From assembly GCA_950097015.1 (NCBI GenBank), contig CATNEN010000038.1:11656001-11720000 (forward strand): 64,000 nt of DNA, written 5' to 3'. The notes under the pieces were generated by a model, which was not told the origin of the DNA, did no database searches, and saw only the letters and a list, made by a program, of their open reading frames with translations. Below are positions 30,162 through 42,534 of this stretch, in pieces. Each line of letters begins with the position of its first letter. The stretch's first letter is position 1. The DNA is from Macrostomum hystrix (taxonomy: Eukaryota; Animalia; Platyhelminthes). The position numbers and the translations under genes were made by a program.

Positions 30162-30385
30162 ATAATCCACTTCCCCTTTGCCTAATCCACTTCCCCTTTG
30201 CTTAATCCACTTCCCATTTGCCTAATCCACTTCCCCTTTGCTTAATCTACTTCCCATTTGCCTAATCCACTTCCCCTTTGCCTAATCCACTTCCCCTTTG
30301 CCTAATCCACACTTTCCTTTTCAATGATCAACTTCCTCATTTCCCTAATCCACTTCTCCTTTCCCTAATCCACTTCCCCCTTTCC
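30162..30385. repeat. 20-bp repeat (CCTAATCCACTTCCCCTTTG)n downstream of the LARS stop
   Basis: Tandem repeat. Confidence 0.9.
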
Positions 30386-30746
30386 TAACCTTTCATTTCT
30401 CATTTCCCTAGCCTTACTCCCCCAGCCCCTTATTTCCCTTCTGCTTTCCGCTTTTCGCTTCCCATCTCAAGTTGATCACCCTGCTCCAACCCTTGTTTTC
30501 GTCGGTTATACTTCTTGAATCATAATGCTTTCTTGTTGACAGTAGCAATTTTCGCATGAAAACAATTTGTGCCTCTGATAACAGGAAAGCTAATTGCAGT
30601 TTGAGTTGTTTGAATGTGTCGATCACATTTTCTTGTTGGGCTACTTGCAGTAGTTTAAACGAGTTGCTAGCTTCACTTTTTAGATTTTTTCTTTAACAGA
30701 TGATATAACGGAACTGAACGGAGCTAAATAACATTTCGGGTTGAGG

Positions 30747-30749
30747 GTG

Positions 30750-30780
<31 letters not shown>
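30747..30780. repeat. (GT)n microsatellite
   Basis: Direct observation. Confidence 0.95.
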
Positions 30781-31315
30781 CAGCTGACCTCTATTTATCC
30801 TCGGATTTAGTTGCCGCAGGCTGAGAGCTGCATAATAACCGGAAATACACAGTTTGAAGGTGCAACAGCTTGATATTAACAGGCTGGTCGACTCAAGCAT
30901 TTGCCAGTGAAATGTAAGCCTTGTTTTCTGGCTTCATTTCGCATTCTCTTCACTTCAGAGTGCACTGGTAATTAAACTATTCCACAAGTATGTAAGGCTA
31001 TTCTCACTACTCATAGTAGCAGTCCGGTTATAAAGTCTACTGGTCACACCGGTTTCATTATTTTATAATTGCAGGAGGGCTGCAGGTTCGTCATTTGGTG
31101 ACACTAGACCCGCAGTCAGCAAGGAGGCAATTCTGCTCATTCCGCTGACTCCTGAGCACGCGGGCACACGCTCACACAGATGTGTACATCTGCCCTGACT
31201 TGATTTTGCTCCCCACATCCCCAAGTTCAGTTCTGAATTCAGACAAAATGAGTTTCTTTCAATAAAAAGTGCTTGATAATTTGGCCTTCCGAATTCCAGT
31301 GCCACGCCAACCAGC

Positions 31316-31528
31316 ATGCCAACGCACCGCTTCAGCATGGAGATGACCTGCGAGGGCTGCGCCAACGCTGCCAAGCGAGTCCTCGCCAAGCTGGCCACTG
31401 AGCGCGGCGTTGAAGTGGCCGTCGAGACAGACGTCGCAACCCAGACGGTGACGGTCAACTCCGAGCTGCCCGCAGCCGACCTGCTGGCCACGCTGCAGAA
31501 GACGGGCAAAGCTGTCAGTGAGAAGTAA
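31316..31528 (+). CDS. ATOX1: Copper chaperone (HMA domain), intronless
   Basis: 70 aa, MPTHRFSMEMTCEGCANAAKRVLAKL...LQKTGK, with MTCxGC and the KTGK end. Confidence 0.92.
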   Translation: MPTHRFSMEMTCEGCANAAKRVLAKLATERGVEVAVETDVATQTVTVNSELPAADLLATLQKTGKAVSEK

Positions 31529-32539
31529 ATCCGTCACCTGGGCAAAGCTGGATGTCGATGCGAATTCGATTTCTTGGAAATGGATTATATAAAATCCGGA
31601 ACATTTGTTAAAATTTTCCTCTATTATTAATCAAATTGTCCACTGATCCAGTTCAATCTAGTTTGTGTATTTGTCTGTCTGTTTGATTTATTGCTTTCAC
31701 TGTCGAATTTCCAATTATTGGTGAATAAGAAGGAGCTGGACGCTTATTGCAGACTAATTTTTTCTGATTAATTCGTGGCCATTTCAAACCCAAAGTTTCA
31801 GTACTTGACTGCTTCTTTTACTCAAAATGCAAAAACTTGCGTTGCCAGAGTGCTGCGGATGTGCCATGGTGATGCTGGAGTCCACAGTTCTTGTTGTCCA
31901 AAGCAAGCCTAATTCAAGCCCCTGATTGATAGTTCTGGCCATTGTCTGCGAGCAGCATTACATCAGCACATGCACTGATCAACAGGAAACAGCCAATTCA
32001 GTCACGTTAGAGGAAATACGATACAAAGCACCTCGGCTATCGAGAACCTGTGTGGTTTAGCCTCGGGTGCTGCATCTTACGGAGAACGAGTTGCCAAGTC
32101 GACTGTCGCCAGTCAGTTACATCAGCATCGAGTACACGACACACTTGTCTGAGGCAGTCAAGGATCAAGGATGCTTTATCAGAATCGCAGCGAAATCTTT
32201 TGAGAGTGCTTCATGGAATTGTCAGGCCTGAGCTTAAACTGGGCTGCACGAAAGAACGCAGCCCAGGACAAAATGTTGTGCATGTGACTCCATGGTCTTC
32301 TAAGCTGACAGGCAGAAGGGAACAATGAAACATCGATTGTTCCAACAGTGCCCAGAGACACGCAGGGGGCTGCTGGTTCGCTCGGGTCCCCAGGAGATTT
32401 GGGCAGGTAGATTAATCAGCCTGAGCACTGGCAACAACAGACACTCAGCGTGAGCTCGGCGCACCTGAAAGAATCCGCCGTTGTCGGCTAATCCCATTGC
32501 GCCTTGACTCACCGAGGAGGTGCTGTCGTCTGAGGCAGA

Positions 32540-32760
32540 TTGGAGAGCCGTGGAGTGCCATGGAGTGCTGATTCACTCTCAGATAATCACCTGCTAATCC
32601 TCCCGTCTCCATGGCAACGCAGCAGCTCCGATGTGCCACGTCGACCGCCGACAGCCGCCCAGAGCCGGTCGGGCAGAGGAGGCAGCTGTCAGCGCCTTCC
32701 CCAGTGCGCATGCGCGTGTGACTCGAATCTCGCCAGCTTTACAGGCCGTTGCCAAGGACG
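32540..32760 (+). promoter_or_regulatory. Promoter-like module P2, orphan copy (X-box 32605-32618, NRF1-like TGCGCATGCGC 32705-32715)
   Basis: Near-identical to 34110-34330 and 40770-40950. Confidence 0.55.
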
Positions 32761-33037
32761 CAGTAATCCTGCCTGTCTTTACTGCAATCATCCCTGACTA
32801 TTTCAATATATTTTCCGCAAGGTATTTCAGTTTCACTCCCTACGCTGCAATCTACTCTGTTTAACTTACTTTAGAGTCGGAAAAGTAGATAGTGTCACAT
32901 TTAATCTGAGAATCCTCACCTATGCTATCCTCACCTATGCTATCCTCACCTGTGCTATTCTCACCTGTGCTATCCTCACTTAGAAGAAGTGGAAACAAAG
33001 TAAGCAAATAACAGGTCACAAGGCCCCTGTCCATACT

Positions 33038-33182
33038 GGGAATCGAAACTGCAGCTGATACTGGAATCGAACCAACAGCTGGTACTGGAATCGAACCAAC
33101 AGCTGGTACTGGAATTGAACCAGCAGCTGGTACTGGAATTGAACCAGCAGCTGGTACTGGAATCGAACCAGCAGCTGATTCA
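33038..33182. repeat. 24-bp minisatellite (CTGGAATCGAACCAGCAGCTGGTA family)
   Basis: About 6 copies, related to the arrays at 37105, 46190 and 52950. Confidence 0.85.
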
Positions 33183-33194
33183 GGAAAAGATAAC

Positions 33195-33615
33195 CAGATA
33201 CACAAATGTCTAAGTGAAGTGTTTTCCGCGACTCGAATCCCAGTGGGACATTGACACGAGCTTCAATCAGTACCTGCGCATCCACCTAACGCGATTTCTT
33301 ACCTGACTCAGCGCGTCTCACAGCACTTTATCATTTAATCCGAATCGAGCACTCGACATCACCGTCTGAACCATTCAAGGATGATCAATCAGAATCCACA
33401 CACAGCCTTGTATTGAGCTTGGTGGAGAGGATCACTGACGAAAGAAGATACGACAATATGAAAAAGTCACACTTCAAGTCCAAGTGCAATTCAAATCTGA
33501 TTAACTATGTTTTTAATTTAATATAACAGCACGTGGCCCCCTCTGATTGGCTATAGTGGCAGCTGCCAATGGGAGCTGAGTGCGTACCGCGGAAGGCAGC
33601 CGCAGCTCTCACTCA
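33195..33615 (+). repeat. Duplicated module P1 ending in an ATTGG...CCAAT pair
   Basis: Near-identical to 37670-38000 and homologous to 42640-43060 and 32120-32200. Confidence 0.75.
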
Positions 33616-33994
33616 CACAACGAGGCCTCGAGCGGCACAGACGGGCGCAGACACAGACGGCACAGCGCCTCTCTGGACGGATCAACCCAGGCCAAACAGT
33701 TTTATGCTTGAATAAATGGGGAAATAATCGGGGTAAAAACGCTGGTCGGGTGCTGTTTGTGGTACCGTCGAAGCCTCCACGTTTGAGCCTTCCTCGGCAG
33801 CTCAGCCGTTCCGGCGTGGAGGCCTGGGGTTGGGCCGGGCTCTGTTTGTCTCTCGCGACTGTTTGGCGGAGAGCTCAAATTGTTTTTCACTCCCCCTGTG
33901 GCGGTAGATTAATCAGAGCCTGGGCACTGGCAGTACAGACACTCAGCTTCACTGAGTCTTGACTCATCGAGTGGCTGCCGACATCCGCTGAGCT

Positions 33995-34330
33995 CGCAGC
34001 TCCTGAATGGGAGGCTGAGGAGCTCCCACTGGGATCTGAGACGCCTCATCAGAGCCGATCGGCAGAGATTGCGGCTTGTCTGAGGCAGCTCAGGGTTGCT
34101 AATTAAAATTCGAGTGCCATGGAGTGCTGACTCTCTTCCAGAGCCTCCCTGCTAACCGAGCTGCGAATCCCTCCGTCTCCATGGCAACGCAGCAGCTCCG
34201 ATGTGCCACGTAAACCACCGACAGCCGCCCAGAGCGGGTCGGGCGGAGGAGGCAGCTGTCAGCGCCTTCCCCAGTGCGCATACGGGTGGGACAAGTATCT
34301 CGCCAGTTAAATAGGCCGTTGCCAGGGACG
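33995..34330 (+). promoter_or_regulatory. Module P2 upstream of PAN/Gly-rich gene copy 1 (X-box 34175-34188, GC box)
   Basis: GTCTCCATGGCAAC and GGGCGGAG lie 170-250 bp upstream of ATG 34425. Confidence 0.6.
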
Positions 34331-34424
34331 CCAGCAGGCACACAGCGAGCTGGATAAATTCCAGCAACTCTGCCCGCAGCGGCGCCGCTTCGAAACGACG
34401 CTCCGCTCCCTGAGACAGCCAGCC

Positions 34425-36607
34425 ATGGACCTCGCAAAGACTGCACTTCTACTCTGCGTGCTGAGTGAGTTTGCCGACACCTGCGAGACTTCCTGAAACT
34501 TGCTGAATTTCAGTTGCATGTCACATAAGCTCACTACTCACTTTGTTTTTCCCCACTGTTTTTACTGAGTTTTCGCTGAGTCCTGAGCACACTCCTGAGC
34601 ACAGTCCTGAGCAGTCCTGACCTGACTGACCCAGCTGTGACCTGAGCACACTCCTCACTGACCCAGCTGTGACCTGAGCACACTCCTCACTGACCCAGCT
34701 GTGACCTGAGCACACTGCTCACTCCCAATTGCAGCCAGCAGCCCCGCTTCGCCCCACACCGAAATCAACGGACTCGACCTGCGCCCCGGACCGATTCAAC
34801 TCAACGCCAGCTTGCCGTGCTTCGAAGTGACGCTCGAGAAGGTCGCCGACTCGCTGGCCTTCTGCGCTGTGCAGTGCATCAAGAAGCGATGCGCTCTGCT
34901 GAGATTCAACAGCAGAGCCGCTGAGTGCCAGCTGGTGCACTTCTTCGAGTTCGATGCCCAGTCAGCCCACTGCCTGAGGGAGCCCGTCAGCCTGGGAGGC
35001 AACGCTGGCGATGAGCTGTGGCTCACTGAGACCTTCTTCGACCAGACCGCGAGCTTCCCGCGTAGAAGTCCGATTCGAGCTGCCAACGGCACCTTCCCGA
35101 GTGAGTCGGTGTGAGCAGACCAGCTCAGCCTGTGAATGACGAGTGTCTCTGAGACATTCCTGAGTTGATTGCGTTCATTCCTGACTGCTGACTTTGCAGA
35201 GAACGGCAGGGGTCCCTTCGGGTCCGTGCAGCTGGCCGCCGTGCCGCAGACCGGCTGCTACCGTATCGAGGCCTTCGGAGCCAGTGGCGGCTCATTTGAG
35301 TCTTCTGGTGTCTTAATGCGGCAGAGGAGCGGCCATCTCGGGCTTCTTCAACCTCACCGAAAACACCGTGCTGTCCATCGTCGTCGGTCAGTGCGGAAGT
35401 GAAAGCTGTATCGGTCGTAGCGGAGGTGGCGGCTCATTCGTGTACATCGACGACCGCAGCGAGCTGCTGCTGGCTGCAGGCGGAGGCGGAGGCGCCTCGA
35501 CCGAATTCGACGGTGAGAGACGCTCAGCTGAGCAGTGTTTGCTGATTGGCTGTGAGAGACCCTCAGCTGAGCAGTGTTTGCTGATTGGCTGTGAGAGACG
35601 CTCAGCTGAGCAGTGTTTGCTGATTGGCTGTGAGAGACCCTCAGCTGAGCAGTGATTGCTGATTGGCTGTGAGAGACGCTCAGCTGAGCAGTGTTTGCTG
35701 ATTGGCTGTGAGAGACGCTCGGCTGAGCAGTGTTTGCTGATTGGCTGTGAGAGACGCTCAGCTGAGCAGTGTTTGCTGATTGGCTGTGAGAGACGCTCGG
35801 CTGAGCAGTGTTTGCTGATTGGCTGTGAGAGACGCTCAGCTGAGCAGTGTTTGCTGATTGGCTGTGAGAGACGCTCAGCTGAGCAGTGTTTGCTGATTGG
35901 CTGTGAGAGACGCTCAGCTGAGCAGTGTTTGCTGATTGGCTGTGAGAGACGCTCAGCTGAGCAGTGTTTGCTGATTGGCTGTGAGAGACGCTCAGCTGAG
36001 CAGTGTTTGCTGATTGGCTGTGAGAGACGCTCAGCTGAGCAGTGTTTGCTGATTGGCTGTGAGCGGATGCGGCTCAGTGTGAGCTTTGCCATTCTCTGCA
36101 GGCATTGACGGTCAGGACGGAGTGAACGGAACCGACTCCACTGGGCTGAACTTCCTGGCGATCGGCTTCGGAGGAGCAAACGGACAGTCGGGCATGGACA
36201 TGTCCACTGTGCCGTGTGCGAGTGAGAACCCGGAGTCTTGCCTCCCAGGCGGTCCGGGAGCTGGCTGGATGTCCAACTCGAGCGCTGAGGGACTCCGCGG
36301 ACGAGGCCGAGTCGACGGCTGGGTCGGCGGTGGCGTCGACTGCGGCACTGTTTCAAATCCTTCTCCCTCTTGCGGCGGCTTTGGCGGCGGCGGTACACAA
36401 TACGGCGGAGGTAGCCACAACGGAGCCAGCGGAGGCGGCGGCGGCTTCAGCGGCGGAGGAGCTGGCTCGGAAGTCGGTCAGGCGGGTGGTGGCGGAGGCT
36501 CCTTCTGCTCCGGCAGCCGCTGCAACGCCACAGCCGGCGGCAACTCAGCTAGCCAGCACGGTCGAGTCATCGTGATGGCCGTCGGCATCGAGAACTGCCT
36601 CGGCTGA
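34425..36607 (+). pseudogene. Secreted PAN + ALK/LTK-like glycine-rich domain gene, copy 1, frameshifted
   Basis: Exons 34425-34464, 34735-35100, 35200-35512, 36102-36607. Signal peptide MDLAKTALLLCVL and PAN FCAVQCIKKRC..CQL. Gly-rich motifs TGCYRIEAFGASGG, LSIVVGQ, LLLAAGGGGGA, GGFGGGG and HGRV. There is a 5-bp deletion at about 35318 relative to copy 2. Confidence 0.72.
35513..36063. repeat. 39-bp intronic minisatellite (GTGAGAGACGCTCAGCTGAGCAGTGTTTGCTGATTGGCT)n, about 14 copies
   Basis: The first unit starts at the intron donor. Confidence 0.95.
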
Positions 36608-37102
36608 CGGCACCAGCGACCTCTGGCACTACTGAAACTGCTCAGCACACTGAGAACTCAAGCACAGAACTCAATCACAGAACTCAAGCACAGAACTCAA
36701 GCACAGGCTAAAGGCCCCAAATCGTAAGAGCAGTGTAATAAATCAGATTGGTATTGAGTTCTGTGTCGATTATTTCTCAGTCAAAGGTTGATTTGACAAA
36801 GTCATGCGCTAGAGTCAGATTGAATAAAGAAATGTTTGCAATCATAACAAAGCAAGGGATCAATTCCAAATAAGAAGAAAGGAAATTCCAGACTGAGTTT
36901 TTATACATGCGTGAAGGCTGGGAAATTTTGATCCATTGGATGCCTGAAAGGACTGGTTCGAATGCCAATGGTTAGAGGATTACAAATTGAAGTGTCTTGC
37001 CGCTCAAACACAGTCAGTGTACGATATCTGGAGAAAACTAACAGTTAATTGTTTCAGGCAATTTGCACAAGAAATATAGATTGTATTTATTATAGTTGGA
37101 TT

Positions 37103-37475
37103 AATCGAACCAGCAGCTGATATTGGAATCGAACCAGCAGCTGATTCGGGAATAGAACCAGCAGCTGATTTGGGAATAGAACCAGCAGCTGATTCGGGAA
37201 TAGAACCAGCAGCTGATTCGGGAATAGAACCAGCAGCTGATTCGGGAATAGAACCAGCAGCTGATTTGGGAATAGAACCAGCAGCTGATTCGGGAATAGA
37301 ACCAGCAGTTGATTCGGGAATAGAACCAGCAGCTGATTCGGGAATAGAACCAGCAGCTGATTTGGGAATAGAACCAGCAGCTGATTTGGGAATAGAACCA
37401 GCAGCTGATTCGGGAATAGAACCAGCAGCTGATTTGGGAATAGAACCAGCAGCTGATTCGGGAATAGAACCAGAT
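37103..37475. repeat. 24-bp minisatellite (GGGAATAGAACCAGCAGCTGATTC)n
   Basis: About 15 copies. Confidence 0.95.
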
Positions 37476-37619
37476 TCTAGAAGTCACTACAGAAGAAGTG
37501 GAAGAAGCAAGCAAATGGAAGGTCTCCGGCCCGTACTGGGTGCATCCGAGACTGCTCAAAGAACCGCAGCATCAGAACTGAGTCGGTTAGACTCTCTGAG
37601 GCATATCGGACAACTACCT

Positions 37620-38000
37620 GCTGCAGATGCTCAGTCTCACACTAGCGTCTCCATGGAAACAGGAGGCACAAACACACAAATGTCTAAGTGAAGTATTTTC
37701 CGCGACTCGAATCCCAGTGGGACATTACCACGAGCTTCAATCAGTGCCTGCGCATCCACCCAACGCGAGTTCTCACCTGACTCAGCGCGTCTCACAGAAC
37801 TTTATTATTTAATCCGAATCGAGCACTCGACATCCCATCTGAACCATTCAAGGATGATCAACCAGAATCCACACACAGCCTTGTATTGAGCTTGGTGGAG
37901 AGGATCACTGACGAAAGAAGATACGACAATATGAAAAAGTCACACTTCAAGTCCAAGTGCAACTTCAAATCTGATTAACTAAGCCAGGATTTTTAATTTA
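37620..38000 (+). repeat. Module P1 copy with X-box GTCTCCATGGAAAC (37647-37660), truncated by the 21-bp array
   Basis: Homology to 33195-33520 and 42535-42960. Confidence 0.7.
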
Positions 38001-38055
38001 AAAAATACCAGCACTTTATGCCCCCCTCCGGAGAACGTTATATGTTCGAAGAATC

Positions 38056-40093
38056 GAATCTACTTCAGTTCAGCAAGAATCTAATTCAGTTTAGCAAGAA
38101 TCTAATTCAGTTTAGCAAGAATCTACTTCAGTTTAGCAAGAATCTACTTCAGTTTAGCAAGAATCTAATTCAGTTTAGCAAGAATCTACTTCAGTTTAGC
38201 AAGAATCTACTTCAGTTTAGCAAGAATCTAATTCAGTTTAGCAAGAATCTACTTCAGTTTAGCAAGAATCTAATTCAGTTTAGCAAGAATCTAATTCAGT
38301 TTAGCAAGAATCTAATTCAGTTTAGCAAGAATCTACTTCAGTTTAGCAAGAATCTACTTCAGTTTAGCAAGAATCTAATTCAGTTTAGCAAGAATCTACT
38401 TCAGTTTAGCAAGAATCTAATTCAGTTTAGCAAGAATCAACTTCAGTTTAGCAAGAATCTAATTCAGTTTAGCAAGAATCTACTTCAGTTTAGCAAGAAT
38501 CTAATTCAGTTTAGCAAGAATCTACTTCAGTTTAGCAAGAATCTAATTCAGTTTAGCAAGAATCTACTTCAGTTTAGCAAGAATCTAATTCAGTTTAGCA
38601 AGAATCTAATTCAGTTTAGCAAGAATCTAATTCAGTTTAGCAAGAATCTACTTCAGTTTAGCAAGAATCTAATTCAGTTTAGCAAGAATCAACTTCAGTT
38701 TAGCAAGAATCTAATTCAGTTTAGCAAGAATCTACTTCAGTTTAGCAAGAATCTAATTCAGTTTAGCAAGAATCTACTTCAGTTTAGCAAGAATCTACTT
38801 CAGTTTAGCAAGAATCTACTTCAGTTTAGCAAGAATCTAATTCAGTTTAGCAAGAATCTAATTCAGTTTAGCAAGAATCTAATTCAGTTTAGCAAGAATC
38901 TACTTCAGTTTAGCAAGAATCTACTTCAGTTTAGCAAGAATCTAATTCAGTTTAGCAAGAATCTACTTCAGTTTAGCAAGAATCTAATTCAGTTTAGCAA
39001 GAATCAACTTCAGTTTAGCAAAAATCTAATTCAGTTTAGCAAGAATCTAATTCAGTTTAGCAAGAATCTAATTCAGTTTAGCAAGAATCTACTTCAGTTT
39101 AGCAAGAATCTACTTCAGTTTAGCAAGAATCTAATTCAGTTTAGCAAGAATCTAATTCAGTTTAGCAAGAATCTAATTCAGTTTAGCAAGAATCTACTTC
39201 AGTTTAGCAAGAATCTAATTCAGTTTAGCAAGAATCTAATTCAGTTTAGCAAGAATCTAATTCAGTTTAGCAAGAATCTAATTCAGTTTAGCAAGAATCT
39301 AATTCAGTTTAGCAAGAATCTAATTCAGTTTAGCAAGAATCTAATTCAGTTTAGCAAGAATCTACTTCAGTTTAGCAAGAATCTAATTCAGTTTAGCAAG
39401 AATCTAATTCAGTTTAGCAAGAATCTAATTCAGTTTAGCAAGAATCTAATTCAGTTTAGCAAGAATCTACTTCAGTTTAGCAAGAATCTAATTCAGTTTA
39501 GCAAGAATCTCATTCAGTTTAGCAAGAATCTAATTCAGTTTAGCAAGAATCTAATTCAGTTTAGCAAGAATCTACTTCAGTTTAGCAAGAATCTACTTCA
39601 GTTTAGCAAGAATCTAATTCAGTTTAGCAAGAATCTACTTCAGTTTAACAAGAATCTAATTCAGTTTAGCAAGAATCTACTTCAGTTTAGCAAGAATCTA
39701 CTTCAGTTTAGCAAGAATCTAATTCAGTTTAGCAAGAATCTACTTCAGTTTAGCAAGAATCTACTTCAGTTTAGCAAGAATCTAATTCAGTTTAGCAAGA
39801 ATCTACTTCAGTTTAGCAAGAATCTAATTCAGTTTAGCAAGAATCTCATTCAGTTTAGCAAGAATCTAATTCAGTTTAGCAAGAATCTAATTCAGTTTAG
39901 CAAGAATCTAATTCAGTTTAGCAAGAATCTAATTCAGTTTAGCAAGAATCTACTTCAGTTTAGCAAGAATCTAATTCAGTTTAGCAAGAATCTACTTCAG
40001 TTTAGCAAGAATCTAATTCAGTTTAGCAAGAATCTAATTCAGTTTAGCAAGAATCTAATTCAGTTAGCAAGAATCTACTTCAGTTTAGCAAGA
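38056..40093. repeat. 21-bp minisatellite (AATCTA[A/C]TTCAGTTTAGCAAG)n, about 97 copies
   Basis: Tandem repeat with two dominant variants. Confidence 0.98.
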
Positions 40094-40654
40094 ATATTTC
40101 CCAGCAGGCAAACAATGTCGCCCAAATCAATCTCTCTCAAGCTGGCTGCCCCATTTGCAGTCAACGAATGCTCGACCATTTAGCAGAGAACCCATGGAAC
40201 TCCAGCAGCTATGAACCAATGCCCTTCTTTTCATATAACACAATGCCCCGTTTCGCAGAGACCCAATTCCCCAGACCTCAGTGAGTAACGAATGTCCAGC
40301 AAGCAACCTCTCTGTTCCTTCAGCAGAGAACTGTCCTCCTGTGTACAAGAAACACTGCATGTATTTCATTTCTCTCATTTGTTCTTTCCCCCTACATCAC
40401 AGCGCATATTTCTATCAAATCAAATTCACACACGGCAGGATTACAGGGCCGTTGTCTCTAGCAGTCATGGTGCAATCATTTTTAGAGCAGACATTCTGGC
40501 ACTCGTTATAAACGAGTTTAACCAAGAAAAGTTACGCTCGATGTACAATGCTCAATGTACAACAATGGAGTCTTGAACCACTTTTCGTAAACGGAAAGGC
40601 AACTAAAAATTCTTCTTTAAAGTCAGTTAATCAGGCTTGGAATTATTCAGTTTT

Positions 40655-40950
40655 TCGCAGCTCCTAAATGGGAGGCTGAGGAGCTCCCACTGGGATCTGA
40701 GACACCTCATCAGAGCCGATCGGCAGAGATTGCGGCTTGTCTGAGGCAGCTCAGGGTTGCTAATTAAAATTCGAGTGCCATGGAGTGCTGACTCTCTTCC
40801 AGAGCCTCCCCTGCTAACCGAGCCGCGAATCCCTCCGTCTCCATGGCAACACAGCAGCTCCGATGTGCCACGTCGACCGCCGACAGCCGCCCAGAGCGGG
40901 TCGGGCGGAGGAGGCAGCTGTCAGCGCCTTCCCCAGTGCGCATGCGGGTG
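40655..40950 (+). promoter_or_regulatory. Module P2 orphan copy (X-box 40837-40850)
   Basis: Near-identical to 33995-34290; no gene follows. Confidence 0.55.
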
Positions 40951-41204
40951 GGAATTCATTTCCATGTATCTCTTGTCGAGAGTGAGCCCGATCGCTGACT
41001 CTCAGAGTGAATCCACTTCAAACCTTATTCATTTTGATTGGATTGTGAAGTTGAGATAACTGCGCGTGGCGCTCTCGTATTGGACAGAACGGTTACGATA
41101 CTTCAACAGGAAGGAGTCACTCAGACACTGTAAAATATGTGTCGCATTTGACAGGTTCGTGTAGGGGCAGGGAAGGACTGTCTTAGCCTAAGGGGAACAC
41201 CCTC

Positions 41205-42295
41205 GAGACTGAGAGGGAGACACCAGACTGAGAGGCAGACACCAGACTGAGAGGCAGACACCAGACTGAGAGGCAGACACCAGACTGAGAGGCAGACACC
41301 AGACTGAGAGGCAGACACCAGACTGAGAGGCAGACACCAGACTGAGAGGCAGACACCAGACTGAGAGGCAGACACCAGACTTGACTTGACTTAGCGGCAG
41401 GGGGCCTCAATGACGGACGCAGCGAGGAGGCGGCTGGTGCCGCCCATATCGCTAACCCCTGGCAGCCAGACAGCCTCCAGCGAGGCGGTGCCGCTCAGGG
41501 TGGTCCGTCGGTCGGTTCCGCCGCGCGATCTTCCTCGCCATAGGCTGGGAAGAAATCAGCTCGGCCGGTATCTCGGAGGAAGTGGGCGAGCTGTGGGATG
41601 TTCTCGGGCGAGCAGGCTTCGGCAAGAGTCGGTGCCGGCCCGAGGTGCTTTAGCCTAGCCCGGGTGAAAGCCGGGCAGTGGCAGATGAAATGCTCGGCGT
41701 TTTCACGGCCGGAGCAGCAGAAGGGACACGTTTCCTCAGGCACGTGGCCTTGGAGGTAGCGGTGTCTGGTGAAGCAGCCATGTCCCGAAAGGGCCATGGT
41801 GACTGCTCTCAGGTCTCTGCGGTTTAGCCTGAGTAAGGCCTTACGCAGGTTGCTAGAGGGGGTTGGCACCGCAGCCCTGGACTGGCGACAGTTCAGGGTG
41901 CTAGACCACCTCCTCCGGTGCTGGGTCTCCATCCAGTGGTTGATGCTGGAGTTGACAACGGAGATGGGGATCGGGGATTCCGGGCCCGGGCCCATCAGGG
42001 AGCTGGCTGCTCCAGCCTTTGCAAGCTGGTCCGCCATCTCATTCCCTGTGAGCCCGGCGTGCCCAGGGATCCACATCAGCTCCACCTTGTTAGACTGCGC
42101 CAAACCGTTTAACTGGGTGTTGCAGACACCAGACTGAGAGGCAGACACCAGACTGAGAGGTAGACACCAGACTGAGAGGCAGACACCAGACTGAGAGGCA
42201 GACACCAGACTGAGAGGCAGACACCAGACTGAGAGGCAGACACCAGACTGAGAGGCAGACACCAGACTGAGAGGCAGACACCAGACTGAGAGGGA
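41205..42295. repeat. 19-bp minisatellite (GAGAGGCAGACACCAGACT)n split by a LINE fragment (41205-41380 and 42123-42295)
   Basis: Same unit on both sides of the insertion. Confidence 0.92.
41381..42122 (-). mobile_element. 5'-truncated non-LTR retrotransposon (RNase H C-terminus, CCHC finger, 3' UTR); LOA/I/R1-like
   Basis: [24 protein letters not shown] and CPFC...[10 protein letters not shown], with a 3' tail of (AAGTC)3. Confidence 0.87.
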
Positions 42296-42534
42296 GACCA
42301 CAGAATGAGAAATCGAATATCGAATCATCGTCAAAAATGCGGAAATTATAATCGCGTCTTCTCCGATGAAGCAGTGCAACTAGGCTACCAGACTCTTATA
42401 CTTCCAGCGAAGAGCACCAGATTAGTGCTCAAATCTCAGCTCTTTGAGCAGTTACTGTCTCAACCAGGTGTTACTGAAGAACAACAGCAGCAAAAACGGG
42501 TCATTTCAAGCAATGTGCTTCCTTCAGAGCCCAT

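Noticed and set aside
40380-40560. Possible decayed PAN-domain remnant on the minus strand (ECQNVCSKNDC)
   Set aside because: Only a short cysteine pattern, interrupted by stops; not supportable without a profile search.
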